A DNA stretch of 53,233 nt from Sulfuricellaceae bacterium. Its GTDB lineage: Bacteria; Pseudomonadota; Gammaproteobacteria; Burkholderiales; UBA9220. The notes below the pieces were generated by a model, which made no database searches, was not told the origin of the DNA, and worked only from the letters and a program-made list of their open reading frames with translations. The DNA is taken from assembly GCA_050177075.1 (NCBI GenBank), contig JBFXHL010000004.1, forward strand, positions 1 through 53,233, read 5' to 3'. Below, one piece after another: positions 45,301-53,233 of this stretch. The position numbers and the translations under genes were made by a program. Each line of letters starts with the position of its first letter. The stretch's first letter is position 1.

Positions 45301-46728
45301 TCAGTGCTCGATAAACGCCGCCGTGCTCGGAATATCCTGCTCGGCGCCGGGCTTGAACCACTTCAGCTTGTCGTGCAGCTTCACCACCTCGCCCACGATG
45401 ATCAGGGTGGGGGGCTTCATCTGGGCGTCCACGGCCAACTGGGGCAGGGTTTCCAGGGTGCCGGTGACCACCTTCTGGTTGTGGGTGGTGCCCTGCTGGA
45501 CGATGGCGGCGGGCATGGTGGGGGGCAGGCCGTGCTTCATCAGCTCCTGGGTCAGGGCGGGGAGGCCCTGAAGACCCATGTAGATGACGATGGTCTGGTT
45601 GGGGCGCGCGATGCCGTCCCAGTCCAGGTTGACGTTGCCGTCCTTGAGGTGGCCGGTGACGAAGACGCAGGACTGGGCGTAGTCCCGGTGGGTGAGGGGG
45701 ATGCCGGCGTAGGCGGAGACGCCCAGGGCGGCGGAGATGCCGGGCACCACCTGGAACTGGACGCCGTTGGCGGTGAGGGTTTCGATCTCCTCGCCGCCGC
45801 GGCCGAAGATGAAGGGGTCGCCGCCCTTGAGTCGCAGCACCCGCTTGCCTTCCTTGGCCAGCTTCACCAGCAGTTCGTTGATCGCTTCCTGGCGCATGGT
45901 GTGGGCGTTGCGCTCCTTGCCGACGTAGATGCGGTCGGCGTCGCGGCGGGTGAGTTCGAGCACGGACGGGGAGACCAGATGGTCGTAGACCACCACGTCG
46001 GCCTGCTGCATCAGGCGCAGGGCGCGGAAGGTGAGGAGGTCCGGGTTGCCGGGACCGCCGCCCACCAGATAGACCTCGCCCTGGGGCTTGGCGGTGTCGG
46101 CGCCCTTGAGTTCGTCTTCGAGGGCGGCCTCGGCGGCTTTTTCCTGGCCGGAAAAGACCATTTCGGCAATCTTGCCCTGCAACACGACTTCCCAGAAGCG
46201 ACGGCGGCTTTCCGGGACGGGGAAATGGGCCTTCACCTTGTCGCGGAATTTGGCCGCCAGAGCGCCCAGTTTGCCGTAGGCGGAGGGGATGAGGGTCTCC
46301 AGGCGGGTGCGGATGAGGCGCGCCAGCACCGGCGACACGCCGCTGGAGGAGACGGCGATGACGATGGGAGAGCGGTCGATGATGGAGGGGACGATGAAGC
46401 TGCACAGCTCCGGGTTGTCCACCACGTTCACCGGGATGTTGCGCTCCCGGGCCAGGTCGGAGACCTGGCGATTGACGTCCATGTCGTCGGTGGCGGCGAT
46501 GATCAGGGCGGGCTTATCCACCATGTCGGGGCTGAAGCGCCCGGCTACGTGGGCGATGCGGCCCTTGGCGGCGTGATGGGCCAGGGTGTCGCACAGCTCG
46601 GGGGACACCACGGTGACCTTGGCGTGGGCTTCCAGCAGCATGGATACCTTGCGGGCGGCCACGTCGCCGCCGCCGATCACCAGGCAGTCACGGTCGCGGA
46701 GGTTGAGAAATACGGGAAAGAAATCCAT
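45301..46728 (-). CDS. cysG: Siroheme synthase CysG
   Basis: GGGDVAARK, NVVDNPELC, VGGGPGNPDLLT and RLKGGDPFIFGRGGEE. Confidence 0.97.
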   Translation of the reverse strand: MDFFPVFLNLRDRDCLVIGGGDVAARKVSMLLEAHAKVTVVSPELCDTLAHHAAKGRIAHVAGRFSPDMVDKPALIIAATDDMDVNRQVSDLARERNIPVNVVDNPELCSFIVPSIIDRSPIVIAVSSSGVSPVLARLIRTRLETLIPSAYGKLGALAAKFRDKVKAHFPVPESRRRFWEVVLQGKIAEMVFSGQEKAAEAALEDELKGADTAKPQGEVYLVGGGPGNPDLLTFRALRLMQQADVVVYDHLVSPSVLELTRRDADRIYVGKERNAHTMRQEAINELLVKLAKEGKRVLRLKGGDPFIFGRGGEEIETLTANGVQFQVVPGISAALGVSAYAGIPLTHRDYAQSCVFVTGHLKDGNVNLDWDGIARPNQTIVIYMGLQGLPALTQELMKHGLPPTMPAAIVQQGTTHNQKVVTGTLETLPQLAVDAQMKPPTLIIVGEVVKLHDKLKWFKPGAEQDIPSTAAFIEH

Positions 46729-46749
46729 GTCGCGTTCCGAAAAGAAAAA

Positions 46750-47427
46750 TCAGTGGTTGGAGGAGGTGGAGCGAGGCATGCTGACGCGGTGTTCCACCGC
46801 GAAGACCGCCGCCTCCACCCGGGAGTTGAGGTTGAGCTTGGAAAGGATGTGGCGCACGTGCAGCTTGACTGTGTCGTGGCTGATATCCAGGGCCTTGGCG
46901 ATGACCTTGTTGCTTTCCCCCTGGGCCAGGTGGACCAGGATTTCCCGCTCCCGCTGGGTGAGGGAGTTGAGCAGGGTTTCCGGCCGGGTGGGCTGGTCGT
47001 GCTTGAGCATGTCCACCAGCTTGCGGGTCATGGAGGGGGCCACCACCGTCTCGCCGCGCAGGGCGCGCTGGATGCCTTCCAGCACGTCCTCGGGCTCCAT
47101 GTCCTTGAGCAGGTAGCCCCGCGCTCCGGCCCGCAGGGCGGCGGCCAGGTCTTCCTCGGCGTCGCTCACGGTGAGCATCAGGGTGGGAACCTCGAACCCT
47201 TCCTCTCGCAGTTGGCGCAGGAGGTCGATGCCGTTAACCGGTGGCAGGTGCAGGTCCATGATCACGATGTCGGGACGGGACTGGGACAGGACCATGCGGG
47301 CCTCCTCGCCGTTGCCGGCGATGCCCACCACTTCGACGCCGCCCTGCTGTTCCAGGAGTTCGGCCAGGCCCATGCGGAACAGGGTATGGTCGTCCACCAG
47401 GGCGACGCGGATCGGTTGCTGGGTCAT
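46750..47427 (-). CDS. NarL/FixJ-family response regulator
   Basis: Start reassigned to the ATG at 47427 (MTQQPIRVALVDDH); LTQREREIL..SNKVIA..TVKLHVRHILSKL. Confidence 0.93.
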   Translation of the reverse strand: MTQQPIRVALVDDHTLFRMGLAELLEQQGGVEVVGIAGNGEEARMVLSQSRPDIVIMDLHLPPVNGIDLLRQLREEGFEVPTLMLTVSDAEEDLAAALRAGARGYLLKDMEPEDVLEGIQRALRGETVVAPSMTRKLVDMLKHDQPTRPETLLNSLTQREREILVHLAQGESNKVIAKALDISHDTVKLHVRHILSKLNLNSRVEAAVFAVEHRVSMPRSTSSNH

Positions 47428-48626
47428 GGGCGCAGCTCCCTTTTGCCGGCGGGGAAGGACAGGGCCACCCGGGTGCCCCGGTCCTGGCGGCCGTGGACGG
47501 CGATGTCGCCGCCCAGGCGGTGGGCACGCTCGCGCATGATGTTGAGGCCGAAGTGCATCTGGCCGCTGGATTCGTCCAGGTGCTGGGGCAGGCCGATGCC
47601 GTCGTCCTCGATGGAAATCACGTATTCGCCGTCCTCCAGCACCATGGTCACCCTGGCGTGCTTGGCCTGGGAGTGTTTCCAGATGTTGGCCAGGGCTTCC
47701 TGGACGATGTGGAAGACCTGCACCTCCTGGTCCGGGGTGAGGTTGAGGTCCGGCGTGTGGTTGTTGAAATCCAGGGTGATGCCGGTGCGCTCCTGGAAGC
47801 TGTCCACCAGTTCCTGCAGGGCCTGGAGCAGACCGCGGGGGTCCATGCGGTTGCGGAAGTTGCTGATCAGCCCGCGCAGGCCGGAATAGGAGGAGTCCAG
47901 GGCGTGGGACAGGTCGTCCAGGTACTTGGTGGCCTTGGCCTGGTCGCCTTTTTCCACCGCGCCCCGCAGCAGGGGCAGGCGCATTTTCATGTAGGCCAGG
48001 GTCTGGGCCAGGGAGTCGTGGACCTCGCTGGCCAGCATCTGGCGCTCGTTCATCAGGGTGATGCGCAGGTTCTCCCGGGTCAGGCGGGCATTCTCCAGGG
48101 CCATGCCCAGGTGCTCGCTGATGGAGTGGAAGAGGAGGGTCACTTCCTCGGGCACGCCTTGGTTGTGTGCCATGAACAGGTTGTAAACGCCGAGGAGCTT
48201 GCCCTTGTAGCGCAGGGGCACCGCCACCACGTGCTGGCAGCGGTGGCCGAAGTAATCGAGGGAGGCGCGCTCGGAGCAGATCTGCACGTCGGCGCTGTAA
48301 TGGAAGGATTGGCGGCTGCGGGCGGCTTCGCCGCAGACGCCGCATTCCAGCTTGATGTAGCGTTCCCGTTCCACCACTTCCGGCGGCAGGCCCAGGGCGC
48401 CCACTAGGCGCAGCTTGGTGCCGTCGGCGGTGAGCACCCGCACTGCTCCCGCGTCGGCGCCGGCGAGCTTGATCAGCGTGCCGAGAAAGCGCTCCAGCAG
48501 CTCTTCCAGGTTGTTTTCGGTGGAAAGGCTGGAGGTGATCTCCGACAGCAGACGCAGAGCGGGAATCTTGTAGGTTCCCTGGCTCCTGTTCGGTGTGGGG
48601 GTGCCGGTCGGGCTAGTAGGTGTCAT
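47424..48626 (-). CDS. Cytoplasmic GAF-HisKA_3 (NarX-type) histidine kinase
   Basis: Probable start at the ATG at 48626; GAF domain, ERQMLASEVHDSLAQ, QEALANIWKHS and HFGLNIMRERA; no transmembrane segment. Confidence 0.9.
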   Translation of the reverse strand: MTPTSPTGTPTPNRSQGTYKIPALRLLSEITSSLSTENNLEELLERFLGTLIKLAGADAGAVRVLTADGTKLRLVGALGLPPEVVERERYIKLECGVCGEAARSRQSFHYSADVQICSERASLDYFGHRCQHVVAVPLRYKGKLLGVYNLFMAHNQGVPEEVTLLFHSISEHLGMALENARLTRENLRITLMNERQMLASEVHDSLAQTLAYMKMRLPLLRGAVEKGDQAKATKYLDDLSHALDSSYSGLRGLISNFRNRMDPRGLLQALQELVDSFQERTGITLDFNNHTPDLNLTPDQEVQVFHIVQEALANIWKHSQAKHARVTMVLEDGEYVISIEDDGIGLPQHLDESSGQMHFGLNIMRERAHRLGGDIAVHGRQDRGTRVALSFPAGKRELRP

Positions 48627-48742
48627 GGGTATGTGCTGTCCGTCTTGCTTCGCGGCGGGAAATCGATACGACCGGAAGGCGGGCGAAAAATTCAAGCCCG
48701 GCCTGAATTTTAGCGGGGGTGATACCCGATTGCAACGCTAGG

Positions 48743-48777
48743 AAAAAGAAAAGAAAAAGGCGGCGCCAGGCGCCGCC
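48743..48777 (-). terminator. Intrinsic terminator after the PCuAC gene
   Basis: GGCGGCGCC-A-GGCGCCGCC followed by a long U-rich tract on the minus strand. Confidence 0.75.
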
Positions 48778-48802
48778 CCGGGAGAGGGTTCGTTTCCCCC
48801 GT

Positions 48803-49282
48803 TTACTTGCCGTGCATCTTCATGCCCTGGCCTTCGCCGCCGGGCAGTTTCACCGTGGCGTCCACCTGCTTGGTGCTGCCGTCCTCGAAGGTGAGGGTGA
48901 CGGGTACGATTTCCCCTTCCTTGAGGGGCTTCTTGAGGTCGATCAGCATCACGTGCAGGCCGCCCGGTTCCAGCTTGGTCTCGCCCTTGGCGGGAATGTC
49001 GATCTGCTTGATGGGGCGCATTTTCATCATGCCGCCTTCCATGGTGTGGGTGTGCAGCTCGGTTACCTTGGAGGCGGGGTTGGCGGCCTTGACCACGGAA
49101 TGGGTCTTGCTGTCGGCGTTCTTCAGCACCATGAAGGCGGCGGTGGTGCTCTGGCCGGGAGGAACGGCGCGGACGTAGGGCTGGTCGGCGCTGATGGAAT
49201 CCGCGGCGCTCGCGGCCCAGGCGGAACCGGTAAAGGCGGTGGAGAGGACGGCGGCCAGGGTGAGAAGTTTCATGCCATGCAT
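48803..49282 (-). CDS. Copper chaperone PCu(A)C
   Basis: Signal peptide; ELHTH..GMMKM..PGGLHVML. Confidence 0.93.
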   Translation of the reverse strand: MHGMKLLTLAAVLSTAFTGSAWAASAADSISADQPYVRAVPPGQSTTAAFMVLKNADSKTHSVVKAANPASKVTELHTHTMEGGMMKMRPIKQIDIPAKGETKLEPGGLHVMLIDLKKPLKEGEIVPVTLTFEDGSTKQVDATVKLPGGEGQGMKMHGK

Positions 49283-49307
49283 CGTAGGAGCTCCTTTCGT
49301 GACGAGA

Positions 49308-49901
49308 TTAGGGTTTCAGTGCACTGCGTACGGCCTGGATCATCTCGGCGGGGGCGGCGGCGTGGAGCACCTTGCCCCGCAGGCCGCCGTCACGGCCGAT
49401 GATGTAGGTGTAGGAAGAATGGTCGATGACATAGCCCGCTGCTGAGGTGACGGGCTGTTTGCGGTACATCACGCCGTACTGCTTCGCCACCTTCGCCACT
49501 TCCTCCGGCGTGCCGGTGACGCCGAGGGTGCCGGGGTAGAAGAAGTTGCCGTATTCCTGGAGCTTCTGGGGCGTATCCCGCTCCGGGTCAACGGAGACGA
49601 AAATCACCTGCACCTGCTTCGCTTCCTCAGGGGAGAGCTGTTTCAGGGACTGAGCGATGAGGGCCAGGGAGGTGGGACAGACGTCGGGGCAGTAGGTGTA
49701 GCCGAAGTAGAGCAGCACCACCTTGCCGCGGAAATCGTGCAGGGATACCGGCCCCTTCACCGACTGAAGGGTGAAGTCGCCCCCCTGGGGTGCGGCGGGG
49801 TGTTTGCCGGCGAAGGGGGAGAAGCCGCTCTCCCGCCAGGTCCACAGGGTGGCGGCGAGGAGGGCGAGGAATACAACCAGGATCAGGATGCGTTTGGTCA
49901 T
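49308..49901 (-). CDS. SCO1/SenC family protein
   Basis: FGYTYCPDVCP, VDPERD and IDHS. Confidence 0.95.
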   Translation of the reverse strand: MTKRILILVVFLALLAATLWTWRESGFSPFAGKHPAAPQGGDFTLQSVKGPVSLHDFRGKVVLLYFGYTYCPDVCPTSLALIAQSLKQLSPEEAKQVQVIFVSVDPERDTPQKLQEYGNFFYPGTLGVTGTPEEVAKVAKQYGVMYRKQPVTSAAGYVIDHSSYTYIIGRDGGLRGKVLHAAAPAEMIQAVRSALKP

Positions 49902-50028
49902 GGGGCTGCCAGCGAGTTTAACAATCCAGAGCTTAGTGCAAGGCGCGGGCCAGGGGGGGATGCTGTAAAATCAATGTGTTGCATTGATGCCCGGTGTGCG
50001 TTGCGGCACGGTCGTGCCATTTGCCACA

Positions 50029-51591
50029 TCATTTTGCCTCACGGAACGGAATGAACTGTACCACCTTCTGCAGCAGTTCCGCATCCAGACGCGCCTCCGC
50101 CTGGAAGGTGCCGGCGTAGGCTGCGTGTTCCTGCTTCAGCTCGTAGCAGTTGGCACCCTGGATGTCCATCAGCAGAGCGGGAATGCCGGCGCCGAGGAAG
50201 GCGCGGTGGCGCTTGCGGAAAAACTGGCTGCAGCACATGCCCACGTAGCCTGCCACCTTTTCTTTCTTCATCTTGGCCAGGGTGGATTCCAGCTGCTCGT
50301 AGTGGGTGATGGTGGTGACCTGCATCCCCCGCTCCCGCCCCAGGCGGTAGGCGTCGCCCACTTCGCACTTGCCGCATTCGGCGCAGCCGTCCTGATGGCG
50401 GAAAGCGCACCATGCAGGCTTGGCGCAGTAGGGCACCAGCATGACCGAGGCGCGGGCAAGGGTGTCCAGGGGCGCGGTCTCGCTGCCGAACAGCATCAAG
50501 GCGCCGGCCTGGTCCGGGCTGAGCCCCAGTTCGGCGGCGGCGCGGTGCTGGTTGAGGGCGAGGCGCAGGGCGTGGCGGGCGTCGTCCGCGGAAAACCCCG
50601 CTCCTTCCACGGGATGGCGGGCGCAGAAGGCGGCGGCCGCGGTTTCCAGGCGTTCCAGGGGCTGGCCGGCGAGATGGGCGGCGAGGTTCTCCAGCCAGTC
50701 GCCGGGGCGCAAATGGACGTCGCCGCTGAAGGCGGCCCGTCGGCAGCGCCCGTCGGCGACTTCCAGGCGGCAATAAAGGTGGCCGCCGGCGGCTTTCCAC
50801 AGGGCCTCGCAGCCGGTCGGCGGGGGCGGCAGGGTGAAATCTTCCGCCACCGCGGGGGGGAGGTCGGCGGGGGCGGCGAGGTTCAGTCCGAAAGCCGTCG
50901 CCAGGGAATCCGTCAATGCCGTCTGCAGCGCCGGCAGGGGCGGAAGGGGGGTGAGAAAATCCGCCAGGGGGGCCACTCGGTCGCGGGCGGCGGCGAGGCC
51001 GTCGGGGGAGAGCTTTTCCGTCGGCACCCGCAGGGCCTCCAGCATGGTTCGCACGTCTGCCCGCAGCAGCAGGGTGCCGTGGAGCAGCAGGCTGCCGTCC
51101 TCTTCCGCGGCGAAGACGGCCGCGAGCTTGCGCCCGTCCCGCTCCAAGTCGTTGGGGAAGGCGAAGTCGGCGTCGGCGCCCAGGGCGGCGACCCCCTGGC
51201 CGATGGCGCGGGCGAAGCGTTCCAGCAGCGTTGCCAGGGGGGCGTCAATGGCAGGAAGAATGAGGCTGAACCCGAGCTGGTTCTCGTCCAGGTAGAGGGT
51301 GCCGCCGCCGCTGGAGCGGCGGAGGATGGGGATGCCCTTGTCCCGGCAGTAGTCGAGGCGAACCTCCCGCCACGGATCCTGGTGGCGGCCGAGGCTGACG
51401 CCGGGCCGGCTGCGGTGGAAGCGCAGCAAGGCCGGGGCTTCCCCCCTGGCGTGGCGGCGCAGCCACTGCCGGTCGAAAGCCTGGTTCCAGGCGGCGTCTT
51501 GCAAGGGGCTGTCCGCGAGCCAGGCTGAGGTAGGGCCGGGGTATGACAAAACGATAAAACCTTTTGGCGAAAAGGGGAAAAATGCTATCAT
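50029..51591 (-). CDS. Lipoate-protein ligase-like protein fused to a Cys-rich (DUF116-like) C-terminal domain
   Basis: SLGRHQ, RRSSGGGTLYLD and PNDLE.DGRKL; C-terminal PYCAKP.WC..CAECGKC..GMCC..NC. The true start may be near 51549. Confidence 0.8.
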   Translation of the reverse strand: MIAFFPFSPKGFIVLSYPGPTSAWLADSPLQDAAWNQAFDRQWLRRHARGEAPALLRFHRSRPGVSLGRHQDPWREVRLDYCRDKGIPILRRSSGGGTLYLDENQLGFSLILPAIDAPLATLLERFARAIGQGVAALGADADFAFPNDLERDGRKLAAVFAAEEDGSLLLHGTLLLRADVRTMLEALRVPTEKLSPDGLAAARDRVAPLADFLTPLPPLPALQTALTDSLATAFGLNLAAPADLPPAVAEDFTLPPPPTGCEALWKAAGGHLYCRLEVADGRCRRAAFSGDVHLRPGDWLENLAAHLAGQPLERLETAAAAFCARHPVEGAGFSADDARHALRLALNQHRAAAELGLSPDQAGALMLFGSETAPLDTLARASVMLVPYCAKPAWCAFRHQDGCAECGKCEVGDAYRLGRERGMQVTTITHYEQLESTLAKMKKEKVAGYVGMCCSQFFRKRHRAFLGAGIPALLMDIQGANCYELKQEHAAYAGTFQAEARLDAELLQKVVQFIPFREAK

Positions 51592-51627
51592 CCGCCCCGT
51601 CTATATTGGGTTTGGATAGTGCGCAAG

Positions 51628-52374
51628 ATGCGTAACATAACGCTGTTCGAGTCGGAAAACCACCGCTTCGTGCTGCTCAATGAAAGCGAGCCGGGCGAGG
51701 AACAGGGGGTTCCCTCCAACCAGTATCTCGTCATGCACGGCGACGCCGGCGTGCTGCTGGACCCCGGCGGCTTCGGGGTGATGCCCCAGGTGCTGACCGA
51801 ACTGATGGGCTACCTGCCCCCCGACCGGCTGAAGGCGATTTTCCTGTCCCACCAGGACCCGGACATCGTCGGCGGCCTCGGCACCTGGCTGGAACTGACC
51901 CGGGCCCGCATCTACGTTTCCCGCATCTGGTTGCGCTTCCTTCCCCATTACGGCATCCGCGACATGAGCAGCTTCGTCGGCGTGGCCGACGAAGGCATGG
52001 ATTGCAGCATCGCGGACGGCTTCCAGCTCAGGATCGTCCCCGCCCATTTCCTCCATTCGCCGGGGCACCTCAACGTGTACGATCCGGTGTCGAAAATCCT
52101 CTTCTCCGGCGACATCGGCGCCGCCGTCATGGAAGGGAGCGAGCATCCGCCCTTCGTCGACGAGTTGGCGCCCCATCTGCCCCACATCGAGCCCTTCCAC
52201 CGCCGCTACATGGCCAGCAACAAGGCCCTGCGCCACTGGGTGAAGACGGTTTCCGCCCTCCCCATCGACATGATCGCCCCCCAGCACGGCCCGGTGTACC
52301 GGGGCCGGGCAGTGGGGGAGTTCCTCGCCTGGGCAGCCGAACTGCAATGCGGAGCCGACCTGTTTGCGGAGTGA
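51628..52374 (+). CDS. ODP-like metallo-beta-lactamase-fold di-iron protein
   Basis: SNQYL, DPGG, SHQDPD, AHFLHSPG, FSGDIG and PQHG. Confidence 0.87.
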   Translation: MRNITLFESENHRFVLLNESEPGEEQGVPSNQYLVMHGDAGVLLDPGGFGVMPQVLTELMGYLPPDRLKAIFLSHQDPDIVGGLGTWLELTRARIYVSRIWLRFLPHYGIRDMSSFVGVADEGMDCSIADGFQLRIVPAHFLHSPGHLNVYDPVSKILFSGDIGAAVMEGSEHPPFVDELAPHLPHIEPFHRRYMASNKALRHWVKTVSALPIDMIAPQHGPVYRGRAVGEFLAWAAELQCGADLFAE

Positions 52375-52384
52375 TGGGGCCAGC

Positions 52385-53233
52385 ATGAATTTCCCAGAGC
52401 AGGACGACCTGCCGAGTCTCGACGTCTTCCGCGAAAAGGTCCTGCGCCACCTGGCTTCCCTGTTGGAAAGCCACGTCCATTCCTGGGTTTTCGGCGAAGA
52501 AGTGGGCGCCTTCATCAACCGGGAAAACCGCGAGCTCGATGCCCTGCTGGACCGCTGCGAGAGCGCGAGCGACAGCGATGCGGCGCTTGCCGCCGCCGCC
52601 CGCCGTTGCCGCGACGTGCGCTCCGCCTTGTCCATGCTGGTGCGGGAGCGCCAGCGCCAGTGGAAGGAGAACGGCGACGAACTGCGCGGCCTGATGCTGG
52701 ACTTCAACCGCCTGGTGTCGGAGCTGCAGCAGACCCTGATCGACAAGGACCTGCTGGAACGCCAAAGCCAGGTCCTGCGCAACATCATCCTGTCCCACGA
52801 GCGCATCACCCAGTGGAAGGAGTTCGTCCAGGAAATCCTGAGCGACTTTTACAAATTCTTCCCCTTCCAGCTTTTCTTCATCGTCTTCACCGAGGAGCAC
52901 GGCCTGTCCCTCAACCTCTATTACATGGGCGAGGTGGGGGAGGAGACGCGGCACAACGCACGCCAGCGCCTGTCGCGGGAAATGCTCGCCCGCCTCGGCT
53001 TGCCCAAGGACGCCATGCTGGACATCGAGGAGTTCCAGGTGTTGGAAGGCCATGCCCTGGATGCCCTGGACGGTGTGGACCTGCTCACGGTGGCGGTGCC
53101 GGAGACCCTGCCCAACCGGGTGGGGGTCCTCGGCGTCGGCTACGCCTCGTCGGAACAGAGGGGGGCGCGGGAGCGGGAGTTCGTCCGTGCCTTCCTGGCG
53201 GTGATGGGGTTGGTGGTGGGGGCGAGCAGGGCC
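52385..53233 (+). CDS. Signal-transduction protein, N-terminal part (output domain beyond the window)
   Basis: The frame from the ATG at 52385 (MNFPEQDDLPSLDVFREK...) appears open to the window end, with a coiled-coil followed by a GAF-like region; absent from the ORF track. Confidence 0.7.
   Translation, partial: MNFPEQDDLPSLDVFREKVLRHLASLLESHVHSWVFGEEVGAFINRENRELDALLDRCESASDSDAALAAAARRCRDVRSALSMLVRERQRQWKENGDELRGLMLDFNRLVSELQQTLIDKDLLERQSQVLRNIILSHERITQWKEFVQEILSDFYKFFPFQLFFIVFTEEHGLSLNLYYMGEVGEETRHNARQRLSREMLARLGLPKDAMLDIEEFQVLEGHALDALDGVDLLTVAVPETLPNRVGVLGVGYASSEQRGAREREFVRAFLAVMGLVVGASRA

Noticed and set aside
29970-47889. Very long antisense ORFs (e.g. 36444-38699, 38937-41756, 45304-47889)
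   Set aside because: These are shadow frames caused by GC-rich codon bias opposite clearly identified genes, with no recognizable domains.
1-53233. tRNA, rRNA, integrase or transposase genes
   Set aside because: None were recognized by eye; a covariance-model scan was not possible.

Overview
GC-rich window from a sulfur-oxidizing proteobacterium, most likely a betaproteobacterium (inferred from gene content). From left to right: (1) a lower-GC type IIS (AlwI/FokI-like) restriction-modification pair placed directly behind pyrB; its endonuclease runs off the left edge and is missing from the ORF track. (2) Housekeeping genes (yqgE-ruvX-pyrR-pyrB, TonB-like, RNase II-family, YqiA, mpl, coq7) interleaved with small accessory modules: an MntA/HepT pair, DUF4160/DUF2442 plus a small nuclease, and a stand-alone MetH activation domain. 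(3) An SHP/DHC/cytochrome b operon with an HD-GYP gene and a QseBC-like system. (4) A c-di-GMP/PP2C signalling operon whose kinase is a pseudogene. (5) A complete reverse-Dsr operon dsrABEFHCMKLJOP-ybiB-like-dsrN-dsrR-like-lpd-like. (6) A GAF kinase/NarL/cysG operon, SCO/PCuAC, a lipoate-ligase fusion and an ODP sensor pair. The most notable signal lies divergent from dsrA: a three-gene operon encoding a small conserved protein, an orphan Cas6 (Cmx6-type) with intact motifs, and a DsrC paralogue lacking both C-terminal cysteines. No CRISPR array or other cas gene is present in the window. The shared intergenic region holds two short CRISPR-repeat-like motifs, two copies of a TACCCC-N3-GGGGTA palindrome and an intrinsic terminator in the dsrA leader. 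This suggests a Cas6 co-opted for RNA-level control of sulfur oxidation, which remains a hypothesis.
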